From Candidatus Obscuribacteraceae bacterium (GTDB taxonomy: Bacteria; Cyanobacteriota; Vampirovibrionia; Obscuribacterales; Obscuribacteraceae), in assembly GCA_044226015.1 (NCBI GenBank), contig JBGAHS010000008.1:288001-352000 (forward strand): a stretch of 64,000 nt of DNA. The letters run 5' to 3'. The translations under genes and the position numbers were made by a program. The notes beneath the pieces were generated by a model. It ran no database searches. It was not told the DNA's origin and was given only the letters and a program-made list of their open reading frames with translations. This document shows positions 21,064-30,029 of this stretch, one piece after another (the first letter of the stretch is position 1; every line of letters starts with the position of its first letter).

Positions 21064-22179
21064 TCATTCGCTATAACATTGCTTTTTCAGAGATTGGATA
21101 AGAGACATGGCGTCAGAGTTGTTGCGCATCAAATAGTCCCTAAAGCATTCTTGTAAAACATCTTTGATTATGTTTTCTAGGTATTCCTTGTCCAACGAGC
21201 GCAGCCTCAAGCCAGATTTTGTTGACAATACAGTGCTAATTCCATTGCTGATTTCACTTTCCGAAATGTCGCTCTCATGCTCGTCGAGTAAATGATTTGC
21301 CCTGGCATATTCGTTCAAAGTTTTCCCTATTACGGCATTTAAATCATGTATTGAGTATTTTTCGGGAACGGGATCATTATTGAAGAAAACCAATGAAAGC
21401 CGTTCTTTTCGGTCTGTCCATTGTATGGCGCATTCAAAGTTCAGGCGCTCTTTCCCACCAGGGATTTCTCGCTCACCTGTCAGGAAAATCGGTACCTCAT
21501 TTAGTCTTGCGTGTTTGTCGTTTAGCCAACTCAGATAATCGGATATGCCAGCACTGAAATGAAACGTTTCTCGCTTGTTGGATTGGACATCTGCTAAGTC
21601 AATCCGAAGAGTATTATTCAAGAAAGCTATCTCGCGCAAGCGACTTGAAAGTTCCTCAAAATCAAATACTGGCTTCTCTTTATCATCACAGACTTCAGCA
21701 AAGATTTCCTTATCCGGCAGTACTGTTACTCGTGTACCATGCTTATCTGTATCACCGATGAATTCGAGTGGAGTTAAGTCTCTTCCTCGTTGATAAGCCT
21801 TTTTGTATAGTTTGCCGTTCCAGTAGCTTTCTACTTCAAGCCTTTCGCTCAAGGCATTGACCACAGCAGCGCCGAATCCCGTAGGACAGCCCAGAGTTGT
21901 GAATACAATTTCGACACCAGAAAGTCCAGTTTTTTCCGAGACGCTTGATGTGATACCGAGCCCATCATCTTCCACTGAGATAGTGCCATCGCCGTTCAAT
22001 GTAACAGCAATGCGATGGCAGTCTCCAGCATTGTATTCGTCGAGGCAGTTGTATACGAGTTCCCACACCAATTGGTGCAGACCTCTTGAATCCGTGCTGC
22101 CGACCCAAAGCTTTGGGCGCACACGCACAGCATCGAGCCCTTCAAGCACTTGTATTTCGGAGTCGCTATAGTCGCTCAA
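21064..22179 (-). CDS. GyrB/ParE-like N-terminal ATPase (GHKL + transducer) lacking TOPRIM
   Basis: IQVLEGLDAVRVRP, ELVYNCLDE, VEDDGLGI, VVNALS, RLREIAFLN; stops after 371 aa. Confidence 0.85.
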   Translation of the reverse strand: MSDYSDSEIQVLEGLDAVRVRPKLWVGSTDSRGLHQLVWELVYNCLDEYNAGDCHRIAVTLNGDGTISVEDDGLGITSSVSEKTGLSGVEIVFTTLGCPTGFGAAVVNALSERLEVESYWNGKLYKKAYQRGRDLTPLEFIGDTDKHGTRVTVLPDKEIFAEVCDDKEKPVFDFEELSSRLREIAFLNNTLRIDLADVQSNKRETFHFSAGISDYLSWLNDKHARLNEVPIFLTGEREIPGGKERLNFECAIQWTDRKERLSLVFFNNDPVPEKYSIHDLNAVIGKTLNEYARANHLLDEHESDISESEISNGISTVLSTKSGLRLRSLDKEYLENIIKDVLQECFRDYLMRNNSDAMSLIQSLKKQCYSE

Positions 22180-22230
22180 GTTTGGCTACCTGAATACTAA
22201 TCCTTCTATTTTACAGCGCTGTCAATTTCC

Positions 22231-23343
22231 CTACCTGCAGAGTGGGCATTTTGTATTCCTGGTGGTGCGGACCCAGATCATTGATTCCCAAATGTGTGAT
22301 TTGCGAACCTGGCATTGCCACCAAACCTTTCTGCTAGAACCTGCCGTGACCTGAGCAGGCGAGAGCGCGCCGTTCTTGAGTGGATGCCATTGCTTGGAAA
22401 TTTCCGGAAACAGAACAGCAAGCGAATTCGTTGCACATGCTTTCTTGCCGGTGCAATAAGGGCAACCTTGTTTTCTGCTTGTCCTGCACTTAGGCATTGT
22501 TTGCCATTCGTGTGAAGAATCGCGACTGCAACGCCACCAAACCATTTTCCTTGAACCAGCAGTTAAATCCCTTGGTGTTAGGCTCCCATTTTTGTCTGGA
22601 TGCCATTCCTTTGCAAGTTTCGGAAACAAAGTTGCCAGTGAATTGTCCGAACAAACCTTCTTACCCGCACAGTACGGACAGTTGACACCCTTAACTCTGT
22701 GACAAGGCGCTTGCTTCCAAGTGTGACCTTGCTTGCACAACCAATAAACGGAAATGTTTGAGTGAGCTGTTATCTGCGATGGTTTCAGACTTCCGTTCTT
22801 TTTAGGATGCCACTGTTTTGCGAGTTCCGGAAAGAGAGCTCTCAGGCTATTTGTTTTTGACACACTCAAGCCATGGCAGAAAGGACAGCCTGCCGCGTCT
22901 GATTCGCTTCCAGTTCTTTTCGCAATAGGAGATTGCCAAACGTGATCACTACCATTCGGACATTTCCACCAGCCTAGCTCCATTGAGGCCCAGGTAAAAT
23001 CCGAGGCTTTCCTTTTACCATTTTTCGTGGGATGCCATTGCTTTGCCAAATCCGGAAAAAGAAGAGCAAAAGAATTATCTTCACAGACAAGACGACTAGA
23101 ACAATAAGAACACGTAGAAGTCTTGGTTCCTCGGCAGTGAATGGCAGCTTTATAAACGCGCTTACAACTCGGGCAATTCCACCATGCCTTCACACCGGAG
23201 GCGTAAGTAAAATCGCCCGGACCCCAGCCACAGTTTTTTTCATAGCACCATTCAAGAGCCAATTCGGGAAACATTGTGGCGAACGAAACAGAGTTCCGCC
23301 GAAAAGCAGGTTCGTCAACCTCTTCAATATCCTTGTAAGCCAT
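22231..23343 (-). CDS. Zinc-ribbon (DUF4379-like treble-clef) repeat protein, ~5 repeats
   Basis: Repeated NSLA.LFP.LAK.WHP.KNG...WW.C...H.W...CPYC. Confidence 0.9.
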   Translation of the reverse strand: MAYKDIEEVDEPAFRRNSVSFATMFPELALEWCYEKNCGWGPGDFTYASGVKAWWNCPSCKRVYKAAIHCRGTKTSTCSYCSSRLVCEDNSFALLFPDLAKQWHPTKNGKRKASDFTWASMELGWWKCPNGSDHVWQSPIAKRTGSESDAAGCPFCHGLSVSKTNSLRALFPELAKQWHPKKNGSLKPSQITAHSNISVYWLCKQGHTWKQAPCHRVKGVNCPYCAGKKVCSDNSLATLFPKLAKEWHPDKNGSLTPRDLTAGSRKMVWWRCSRDSSHEWQTMPKCRTSRKQGCPYCTGKKACATNSLAVLFPEISKQWHPLKNGALSPAQVTAGSSRKVWWQCQVRKSHIWESMIWVRTTRNTKCPLCR

Positions 23344-23480
23344 GACCGTTTCCTTCAAGGCAGGCTAGTCTCTTATATTAACAAACAACACCCAAATTGC
23401 CTAAACATCGCGCGCTAGAAGGAAACATCAAACTAGAGACGACTCAGTTATGAGCTGTAAAGCTTGCCTGAGACGGGCAT

Positions 23481-23522
23481 TTGCCATTTTGTTAGAAATA
23501 ATGCTACAATATTCTAACAAAA
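23481..23522 (+). promoter_or_regulatory. Sigma70-type promoter with 11-bp inverted-repeat operator for the AbiE operon
   Basis: TTGCCA (23481) and extended -10 TGcTACAAT; perfect IR TTTTGTTAGAA (23487-97) / TTCTAACAAAA (23512-22). Confidence 0.75.
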
Positions 23523-23535
23523 CTGGAAAACAGCC

Positions 23536-24144
23536 ATGACTACAGCAAAAGCAGTAAAACGAGCAATTGAGAACAAGCCGGAGGGAGTAGCCTTCACTTC
23601 CAAGGATTTCTTGTCCTTAGGTCCAAGAGCCGCAGTGGATCAAGCGCTTTACAGGATGGCTAAAGAAGGCGAATTGCTGCGTGTGGCGCGTGGCATTTAT
23701 GCTCGTCCAAAATGGAACAAGTACGTGAATGCTCCAGTAATGCCAGAGCCTTATGAAATCGCAGAGCTAGTTGCAAGAACTCGGGGGGCGAAGCTCGGTC
23801 CGAGCGGAGCGGAAGCTGCCCACCGGCTGGGACTAACCACGCAAATGCCTACTCAACCTGTATACGCAACCACCGGACGAGCGGGAGTAATAAAGATCGG
23901 CCGCAACATGATTCACCTGCGTCACGTGACTCCACAAAAAATGCAGCATGCAGGTACGCCTGTCGGCTTGGCTATTGCAGCGTTGAGATATCTTGGGAAG
24001 GAGCAAGTTGACATCAACGTCATAAGGGCGTTGAAACGTGCTCTCACAGAGCAGGATTTTCAAATACTGCGACAAGCAACGACAGCATTGCCCGGCTGGG
24101 CATTGGACAAGTTCTACGAATACGAGGCAAGGGGTGAGCGCTGA
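23536..24144 (+). CDS. abiEi: Type IV TA antitoxin AbiEi (DUF6088-like)
   Basis: AVDQALYRMAKEGELLRVARGIY wHTH, SGAEAAHRLGLTTQMP. Confidence 0.85.
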   Translation: MTTAKAVKRAIENKPEGVAFTSKDFLSLGPRAAVDQALYRMAKEGELLRVARGIYARPKWNKYVNAPVMPEPYEIAELVARTRGAKLGPSGAEAAHRLGLTTQMPTQPVYATTGRAGVIKIGRNMIHLRHVTPQKMQHAGTPVGLAIAALRYLGKEQVDINVIRALKRALTEQDFQILRQATTALPGWALDKFYEYEARGER

Positions 24145-25106
24145 GTTTCTAAAATTACCTGTCTCGGAAAGAAAGGACATAATAAATGCAGCAGCGCCAA
24201 AACTGGCGATGCTACCGGAGATTATTGAAAAGGATGCCTGGGTCTGTTGGACCCTCGCCGTTCTTTTCTCAATTCCTGGTCGCCGCCAGATGGTGTTCAA
24301 AGGTGGTACGTCGTTATCGAAAGTCTATGGGCTGATCAACCGCTTTTCAGAAGACATAGATATCTCCGTAAATTTCATAGAGGATTACGGCGGAAAGGAC
24401 ATCTCAAAAACAAAAGCACATAAGTTAAGGGACGATTTAGAGGCAAAACTCAAAGAATACAAAGAGAGCGCTCAAGGATCGGGCATCGGCAGAGGATCTA
24501 GATTTGACCATCGAGCCCGGTGAGACAGATTGGGAAATTCATGTGAATTACAAGTCGGTGCTTGCCACCGCAGCTGGTTACATAAAACCGCGGGTAAAAA
24601 TCGAGCTAAGCAGTCGCAATGAGACGGAGCCAAGCCAGCAAACGAAGCTTCTTCCATACTTGGCCCAGCAAACAACCGGTTTGATTTATCCCGAACCGCT
24701 AGTTGACGCATTGGTAGCCGAAAGGACCTTTTGGGAAAAGGTCACATTAATACATGCTGAATTGAGTGCTGGCAGATTGGAGGAAACTGCAGATAGAATG
24801 TCCCGGCACTGGTCAGACATAATTGTGCTATCAAAAGTGGAAGCCGGCGAACGAGCTTTAAATGATGCTGAGCTGTGTATGCGAGTCGTAAATCACAAGG
24901 ACAAGTTTTGGCGTGACGGAAAAGCAAACTATGACGCTTGCCGAAATAAGCAGTTCTTACTTGTTCCAGCCGGCAAAGCTCTTCAGGTACTAGAGGCAGA
25001 TTACAAAGCCATGATAGATGCTGGCATGTTTTTCGGCGAATCTCCGCAAAATTTCGATGATATGTTGAAGGATTTGACGGTACTTCAAGTCCGGATCAAT
25101 TCTTAG
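24134..25106 (+). pseudogene. abiEii: AbiEii nucleotidyltransferase toxin, frameshifted near 24468
   Basis: IIEKDAWV, FKGGTSLSKVYGLINRFSEDID in one frame; ERTFWEKVTLIH, SRHWSD in another. Confidence 0.85.
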
Positions 25107-25120
25107 AGTAAATCAACACT

Positions 25121-25305
25121 CTAGTGGTCGCTCTTTTTGTAGTAGTTTAGCGCGCAGCGTAATTCTTCCATGACGCGCTCACGAAGCTCAATTGGCTCAA
25201 GAACTTCTGCGCCGGCGCCGAAGGGGAGCACCCAGCGCTTCACCTCATCAAAGTTTTGCGTCTTGAATTCAAGAATGCAAGAACCATCGGAATTCACATT
25301 CCTAG
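25121..25305 (-). pseudogene. C-terminal (WCX) fragment of a WYL-domain regulator
   Basis: DGSCILEFKTQNFDEVKRWVLPFGAGAEVLEPIELRERV is the typical WYL/WCX C-terminus; no WYL or HTH part upstream. Confidence 0.7.
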
Positions 25306-25724
25306 TCAGCCTTCTTGTTTTTGAAGTACTCCAAGCGTGTTCGAAATTTCTCTTCTTCGGCGGCAAACTTCTGCATGCGCGCAGGATTTCCAAAATAATA
25401 GTCGAGTATGTCTTGCACCGCTTCTTCTGGAGTCTTCCAAACGTCAATGAAATCGGCCGGTCCCATTCCGCCGCAACAGTGGATTCCATCAACTATCCAG
25501 ATGTCATCTCGATGCATGAACTTCAGCATTGGTGCATCATTATCCGGGCACAATGGCTCGTCTCCTAGGCTGATGTAACCGCTAGAGTGACCTGGAATGT
25601 TATTGCCAGGTGTAGTTGTTGGCTTCACAACCCAAACGCCACCCATGAATGCGCCGAGCGGATGTGACACAAACAGTCCAGCCAGCCGCAGCTGATTCAA
25701 ATATTTTTCGTCAATTTGAGCCAT
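25302..25724 (-). CDS. Paralog C of three-gene array (putative immunity protein)
   Basis: MAQIDEKYLNQLRLAGLFVS...ADFIDVWKTPEEAVQDILDYYFG. Confidence 0.75.
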   Translation of the reverse strand: MAQIDEKYLNQLRLAGLFVSHPLGAFMGGVWVVKPTTTPGNNIPGHSSGYISLGDEPLCPDNDAPMLKFMHRDDIWIVDGIHCCGGMGPADFIDVWKTPEEAVQDILDYYFGNPARMQKFAAEEEKFRTRLEYFKNKKAD

Positions 25725-26118
25725 CTGGTTTTTCGCTCTTATTTCGCGCATGAGCTTTCGCTTGCATCTTCGTGGGATCGCCAAAGTAGAATTCCAAGAT
25801 ATCCTGAACTGCTTCCTCAGGAGAATTCCATTCGTCAATAAAATCACCCGGGCCAGGAACAGGCGAGTGTTCCTGTGCCAGAACAATCCAAACCCCACCA
25901 TGTCCGAAAAACCAAACTGGTGGCGCGTCGAAGTTAATCTCTTCGTTGCTTGCAAGATTTGCATAACTCGTAGAAAAATCAGGTATGTGATTGCCAGGCA
26001 AGGCTACTGGTTTTCCGACCAGCACACCATCCGGATAACATGAATCAGACGATCTTGGTTCTGCGACAAAAAGACCGTGTGCTTTGAGTTTTTCAATGTG
26101 ATTGTCTGCTATCTTCAT
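25711..26118 (-). CDS. Paralog B of three-gene array
   Basis: MKIADNHIEKLKAHGLFV...GDFIDEWNSPEEAVQDILEFYFG. Confidence 0.75.
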   Translation of the reverse strand: MKIADNHIEKLKAHGLFVAEPRSSDSCYPDGVLVGKPVALPGNHIPDFSTSYANLASNEEINFDAPPVWFFGHGGVWIVLAQEHSPVPGPGDFIDEWNSPEEAVQDILEFYFGDPTKMQAKAHARNKSEKPDGSN

Positions 26119-26156
26119 TGCCGCCTCACCGATAGAGACTTCCTAATCAATGCCTG

Positions 26157-26585
26157 CTAAGTATTTTCATTTCGCCTTCGGGCTTCCCGACGTGCTGCAT
26201 TCTTCTCTTTTTCTGCGGCTTTCTTATTCATTCGCACAGATTCACCAAAATAAAAATCGAGAATATCCTTGATTGCATCTTCGGCAGTTGCCCATTCGTC
26301 AATGAAGTCAGCTGGTCCCATTCCGCCGGCACAGTCTTGTCCATCCACCTGCCACCGTCCCTCATCGACGCAAATGAATTTCAGCATTGGTGCGTCGCTG
26401 TCTGGACAGAGTGGCGCATCATCAATGCTAATGTAGCCGCCATTTGAATAACCGAGAATATTATTTCCGGCAGTGGAAACTGGCTTCACAACCCAAACGC
26501 CGCCGAGAAACGCTCCAAATGGATGTGAGACAAACAAGCCTGCAGAGCGAAGCTGATTCAGGTGTTTTTCATCGATTTGGGACAT
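26157..26585 (-). CDS. Paralog A of three-gene array
   Basis: MSQIDEKHLNQLRSAGLFVS...ADFIDEWATAEDAIKDILDFYFG. Confidence 0.75.
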   Translation of the reverse strand: MSQIDEKHLNQLRSAGLFVSHPFGAFLGGVWVVKPVSTAGNNILGYSNGGYISIDDAPLCPDSDAPMLKFICVDEGRWQVDGQDCAGGMGPADFIDEWATAEDAIKDILDFYFGESVRMNKKAAEKEKNAARREARRRNENT

Positions 26586-26670
26586 CCTTTTTCCTCTTAG
26601 CCAATTACTTTCAGCTATTACAGCCCACTGCATTATTGCTTGCACCGGTCACAATAGACATTCTATTCAA

Positions 26671-26770
26671 TCACCTTTTTGTGCGATATACAGCTTCGAA
26701 TGTCCATCTATCTTTAAACTCAGTAAGTTGATAGCGCGTACCTTCCCATAGATCACGTATCAGCAGACGG
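26671..26770 (-). pseudogene. Possible orphan C-terminal fragment of a papain/C39-like toxin
   Basis: RLLIRDLWEGTRYQLTEFKDRWTFEAVYRTKR* directly upstream of the array. Confidence 0.35.
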
Positions 26771-26917
26771 CTCTGGCAATTTTTGTTTTTCCTGCGAGTC
26801 GTGCACCGACATACCTACAGTCCTCTGTGACGTTTCTATTATCGCATTGAGATTTGAAAGAAATCTGAGAATTCAGGCGCTGGGCACGCGGCACTGGACT
26901 CTTGGCGCTGGGCTATC

Positions 26918-27487
26918 ATGGAAGGATGGGAAAGTTTTTTTCGTGTGTGTCTTACAGGCGGAGTTAGCGCTTTAGAATTTGCCGGAGCTAGAAGCCACCG
27001 CTATAAATTCGAAATCTTTGATAAGACCAATCAACCCGTGTTCTACGAAATTATTTCCCCAGCAGAGCTGTACAAACTTAAAGACAAGAAGAGCAAAGTC
27101 ATAGCGCTTTCAACAAAACTGGCTTCAAGACCATTGCCGGAAGATGAATATGTGAACTTAGGCGATTGGAGCTTGGAACTAACAAAAGAGCAGTCTGCAC
27201 TTCATCTTCCTGGGGCTAACTTCGGAGAGAAGCCGGCCGCTTCGCCCATACAGAGCTTGAAAGACAGGAGTTACGCTGGCTCATCAGCAGAAGTCGGCTC
27301 AATCATTTCCATTTCATCAGACGGAGAAGTGATCAAACTTAATGACGGCACCAGCTGGCTGGTAAACGAAATAGACCGGATTGATTCAAGATTATGGCTA
27401 GTCGGTGACGAAGTGGTGTTAGTAAACGAAGAAAAACTAATCCACACCGATGACAATGAAAGTGTTGAAGTAAGTCCAATTAGATAA
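26918..27487 (+). CDS. Hypothetical protein
   Basis: 189-aa ORF; C-terminal IKLNDGTSW beta domain. Confidence 0.6.
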   Translation: MEGWESFFRVCLTGGVSALEFAGARSHRYKFEIFDKTNQPVFYEIISPAELYKLKDKKSKVIALSTKLASRPLPEDEYVNLGDWSLELTKEQSALHLPGANFGEKPAASPIQSLKDRSYAGSSAEVGSIISISSDGEVIKLNDGTSWLVNEIDRIDSRLWLVGDEVVLVNEEKLIHTDDNESVEVSPIR

Positions 27488-27539
27488 CTCGGAACAGTTC
27501 GTCGCGTTTCGTGTCTCACCTAAAATTAAAGGACTAGAG

Positions 27540-30026
27540 TCACAATTTCCCTTTGCAAACGAAATCAACCACCAGCTCATGATTTGGAAAGGTGCGCTCA
27601 CCAAGCTCGCCTTTAACGGCAAATCCGCCTGCCCCAAGATAAATGATTGTAGTATCTCCAACAACGATTTGAGCCCGCCTGGAGCTAACATCTGGTCCAA
27701 GTTGGCGGATCTCACCCGCTCTAACCTTGAAAGACAATCCGCGGTTTCGCAGAGTATCATAAAGACGCCATTCTGGCTCTGTCTCTAAAAGCAATTCGTT
27801 TAATGATGCAGCTCTTTCGAGAGCCAACCGTGAAGTCCACCTTTCTCCACGCATCGAATCACCGGAGGAATTAACAATAGGTGCATCCATCGCACGAATG
27901 TTTGACACGCGATAAACAATGAAATCTGCATTTTCACGAGGTGATGATTCCCAAGGCGTTAAAATCTCATTGCGCTTTTTGATTTCTATCTCAGCAACTT
28001 CACCAACTGTTGTAACAGCACCAGCACCACCACTCGCATTGGTCTCGTAGATCGCAACTTGCTTTACAGAAAACTGACGAGGATGATGCAATCTAAGCGG
28101 CATATAGTAAAGTCCGCTTTCCTTAAACCACGTTATTCTCTGCTGAAAATTTTGCCGAGGAATTAATCCAACCAAGACGCTCTCCGACGCAGCTCGACGC
28201 CAATCTTCACGCTTCTCAACAACGATGTGCTCAATAGCTTTGTCCGCCAATGACCATTCACTCGACTGCAAGACCGCTGAAATCCACCGTTGCAAAAATC
28301 GTTTTTCTGTCGGCAGCAAGGGAATAGCGCCTATCCCGATAGTCTCTAAGCTTCTCCATAGACGGCTATCGGAAAACTCACCAGTAGAATCACGGTAAGG
28401 GAACATAGCCGCAGCTTGAATTATCTGACGAGTAGGTTTCTCGGCATGTTCGAGTTTTTCAAATGAAAGAATTGCATCCCTGTACCTATGCAAGCAATTG
28501 ATAGCATCTTCATCTGGTCCCGGACTTTTGTACAACTGCATTATTCGCTCGTCACAACGAACACGGTACTTTGCGTCAAGTAATAGACTTAAAGTCGGCC
28601 AACCAGCACGCTGTATTGAAATCATCATATCAGGCTTTTGTGGAATCAGAATTGCATCATCTGCTTGCTCGAACTGCTTATTGTAAGTCGCAGTAATTAC
28701 TCGTCCATCTGGTAAATGGAAAGGCACCTGACTCTTTTCTCCTTTTCTCAACGCAACGCTCACACCTGATTTGTTGATTTTGATCAGCTCAGATGCAGGC
28801 ACGGAAACACCAGTTTCTGCAGCAATCACATTTAGTAGCGTGAGGAAACACCAGTATTCATAAAGCACACTGATTTCCTTGACAGAGAACTGCACCGACT
28901 CAAAATCAAGCTGCAATCCATAACGAAGTAGCGTCAGACATTGATAGCACTCCTTGTAACCCGGACTGCAGAGAAGCTGGAGTGAGGCAAATCCTGAAGG
29001 AGGTGGGTTAGTTGCCGCATCGAAGGGCTCAAGCTTTTTCAAAGTTTGCAGCCGCCCTGACAGCTCCTTCAATTCTCGAATAATTACGTCTTTTCGAGTA
29101 ACAGTGCTCTTTTTTTCAGGCCGCTCTCCTCGCTGTTCCCACCAAGACTGAGTCGTCAACTCTGATTCAATTAGTTGTTGCAACCGGACCTGCACGGCGC
29201 GCAGCTGAAAGCGAATCCACCGGTGCTCAGGCGTATCAATTGTAAAACTAGATTTGCGACTTGATATCGATTGCTTTACCTGTAAGTTATTCACCTCAAG
29301 AACAGGTCCAGCTCCAGCACCGCGACGTACAGCATTTCTCACCGACGAATCGATCTTACGAACTTTTGCAATATTGGTTAGTTGCGTTTCGCTATTGAGC
29401 GCACGCATTGGATGGCTTGCAATGAATCTTGCAGCATTTTCCAAATGCTCAATGATGCTTCTCAGTACAAAAATCCAAGAAATTTCGTCAGGCGCTTGTT
29501 CACGACTTGGCTTTGCGAACCTCAAAGTCGGTCGAAGTAATTCAAACACTAATTCGGCTAGGTACCAACGAGTCTCGGAAAGAAGCTGATCATAATCTGA
29601 CTTGTAATCCATTTTGGTTGGAAAGACTTCGATTTCAAAATCAAATTCTGCTTCTCCGTCAACAAGAACAGTAAATCGACAGAGCCCAACATTCGATCTA
29701 AAATTGATCGTTCCAGCGGCAATGCGTCCACCGTTCTCCGCTGAAACAGAAGCACATATTGTGGGGTCGTCATTCACGATAGAAACACTTGTATTATTCG
29801 CCTTTGAATTGATAAAGATGCGATAATCAGCTTCTTCGAACAGGACAGGCACTGCATCCGGTGGCGCAGGCGATGAATGCATGAAGAATACATCCGGGCG
29901 ACGGGCACTAATGTTAAATGTACCCGACACTTGACCAACGCCTGGTAACGGCTTGCTAGCGACATTTTCCGGAGCACGCCAGACCAAATGCACTCGCGAA
30001 GTCTCAATTTCGAATAAGACTTTCAT
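27540..30026 (-). CDS. mcrC: McrC-like DUF2357 / PD-(D/E)XK nuclease with C-terminal PUA/EVE-like extension
   Basis: LYEYWCF, QKPDMMI...LLDAKYR, LHRYRDAI; 3 bp downstream of mcrB. Confidence 0.85.
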   Translation of the reverse strand: MKVLFEIETSRVHLVWRAPENVASKPLPGVGQVSGTFNISARRPDVFFMHSSPAPPDAVPVLFEEADYRIFINSKANNTSVSIVNDDPTICASVSAENGGRIAAGTINFRSNVGLCRFTVLVDGEAEFDFEIEVFPTKMDYKSDYDQLLSETRWYLAELVFELLRPTLRFAKPSREQAPDEISWIFVLRSIIEHLENAARFIASHPMRALNSETQLTNIAKVRKIDSSVRNAVRRGAGAGPVLEVNNLQVKQSISSRKSSFTIDTPEHRWIRFQLRAVQVRLQQLIESELTTQSWWEQRGERPEKKSTVTRKDVIIRELKELSGRLQTLKKLEPFDAATNPPPSGFASLQLLCSPGYKECYQCLTLLRYGLQLDFESVQFSVKEISVLYEYWCFLTLLNVIAAETGVSVPASELIKINKSGVSVALRKGEKSQVPFHLPDGRVITATYNKQFEQADDAILIPQKPDMMISIQRAGWPTLSLLLDAKYRVRCDERIMQLYKSPGPDEDAINCLHRYRDAILSFEKLEHAEKPTRQIIQAAAMFPYRDSTGEFSDSRLWRSLETIGIGAIPLLPTEKRFLQRWISAVLQSSEWSLADKAIEHIVVEKREDWRRAASESVLVGLIPRQNFQQRITWFKESGLYYMPLRLHHPRQFSVKQVAIYETNASGGAGAVTTVGEVAEIEIKKRNEILTPWESSPRENADFIVYRVSNIRAMDAPIVNSSGDSMRGERWTSRLALERAASLNELLLETEPEWRLYDTLRNRGLSFKVRAGEIRQLGPDVSSRRAQIVVGDTTIIYLGAGGFAVKGELGERTFPNHELVVDFVCKGKL

Positions 30027-30029
30027 GCG

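Noticed and set aside
21064..22179. Housekeeping gyrB or parE
   Set aside because: Only 371 aa, no TOPRIM, lid deleted, no gyrA/recF context
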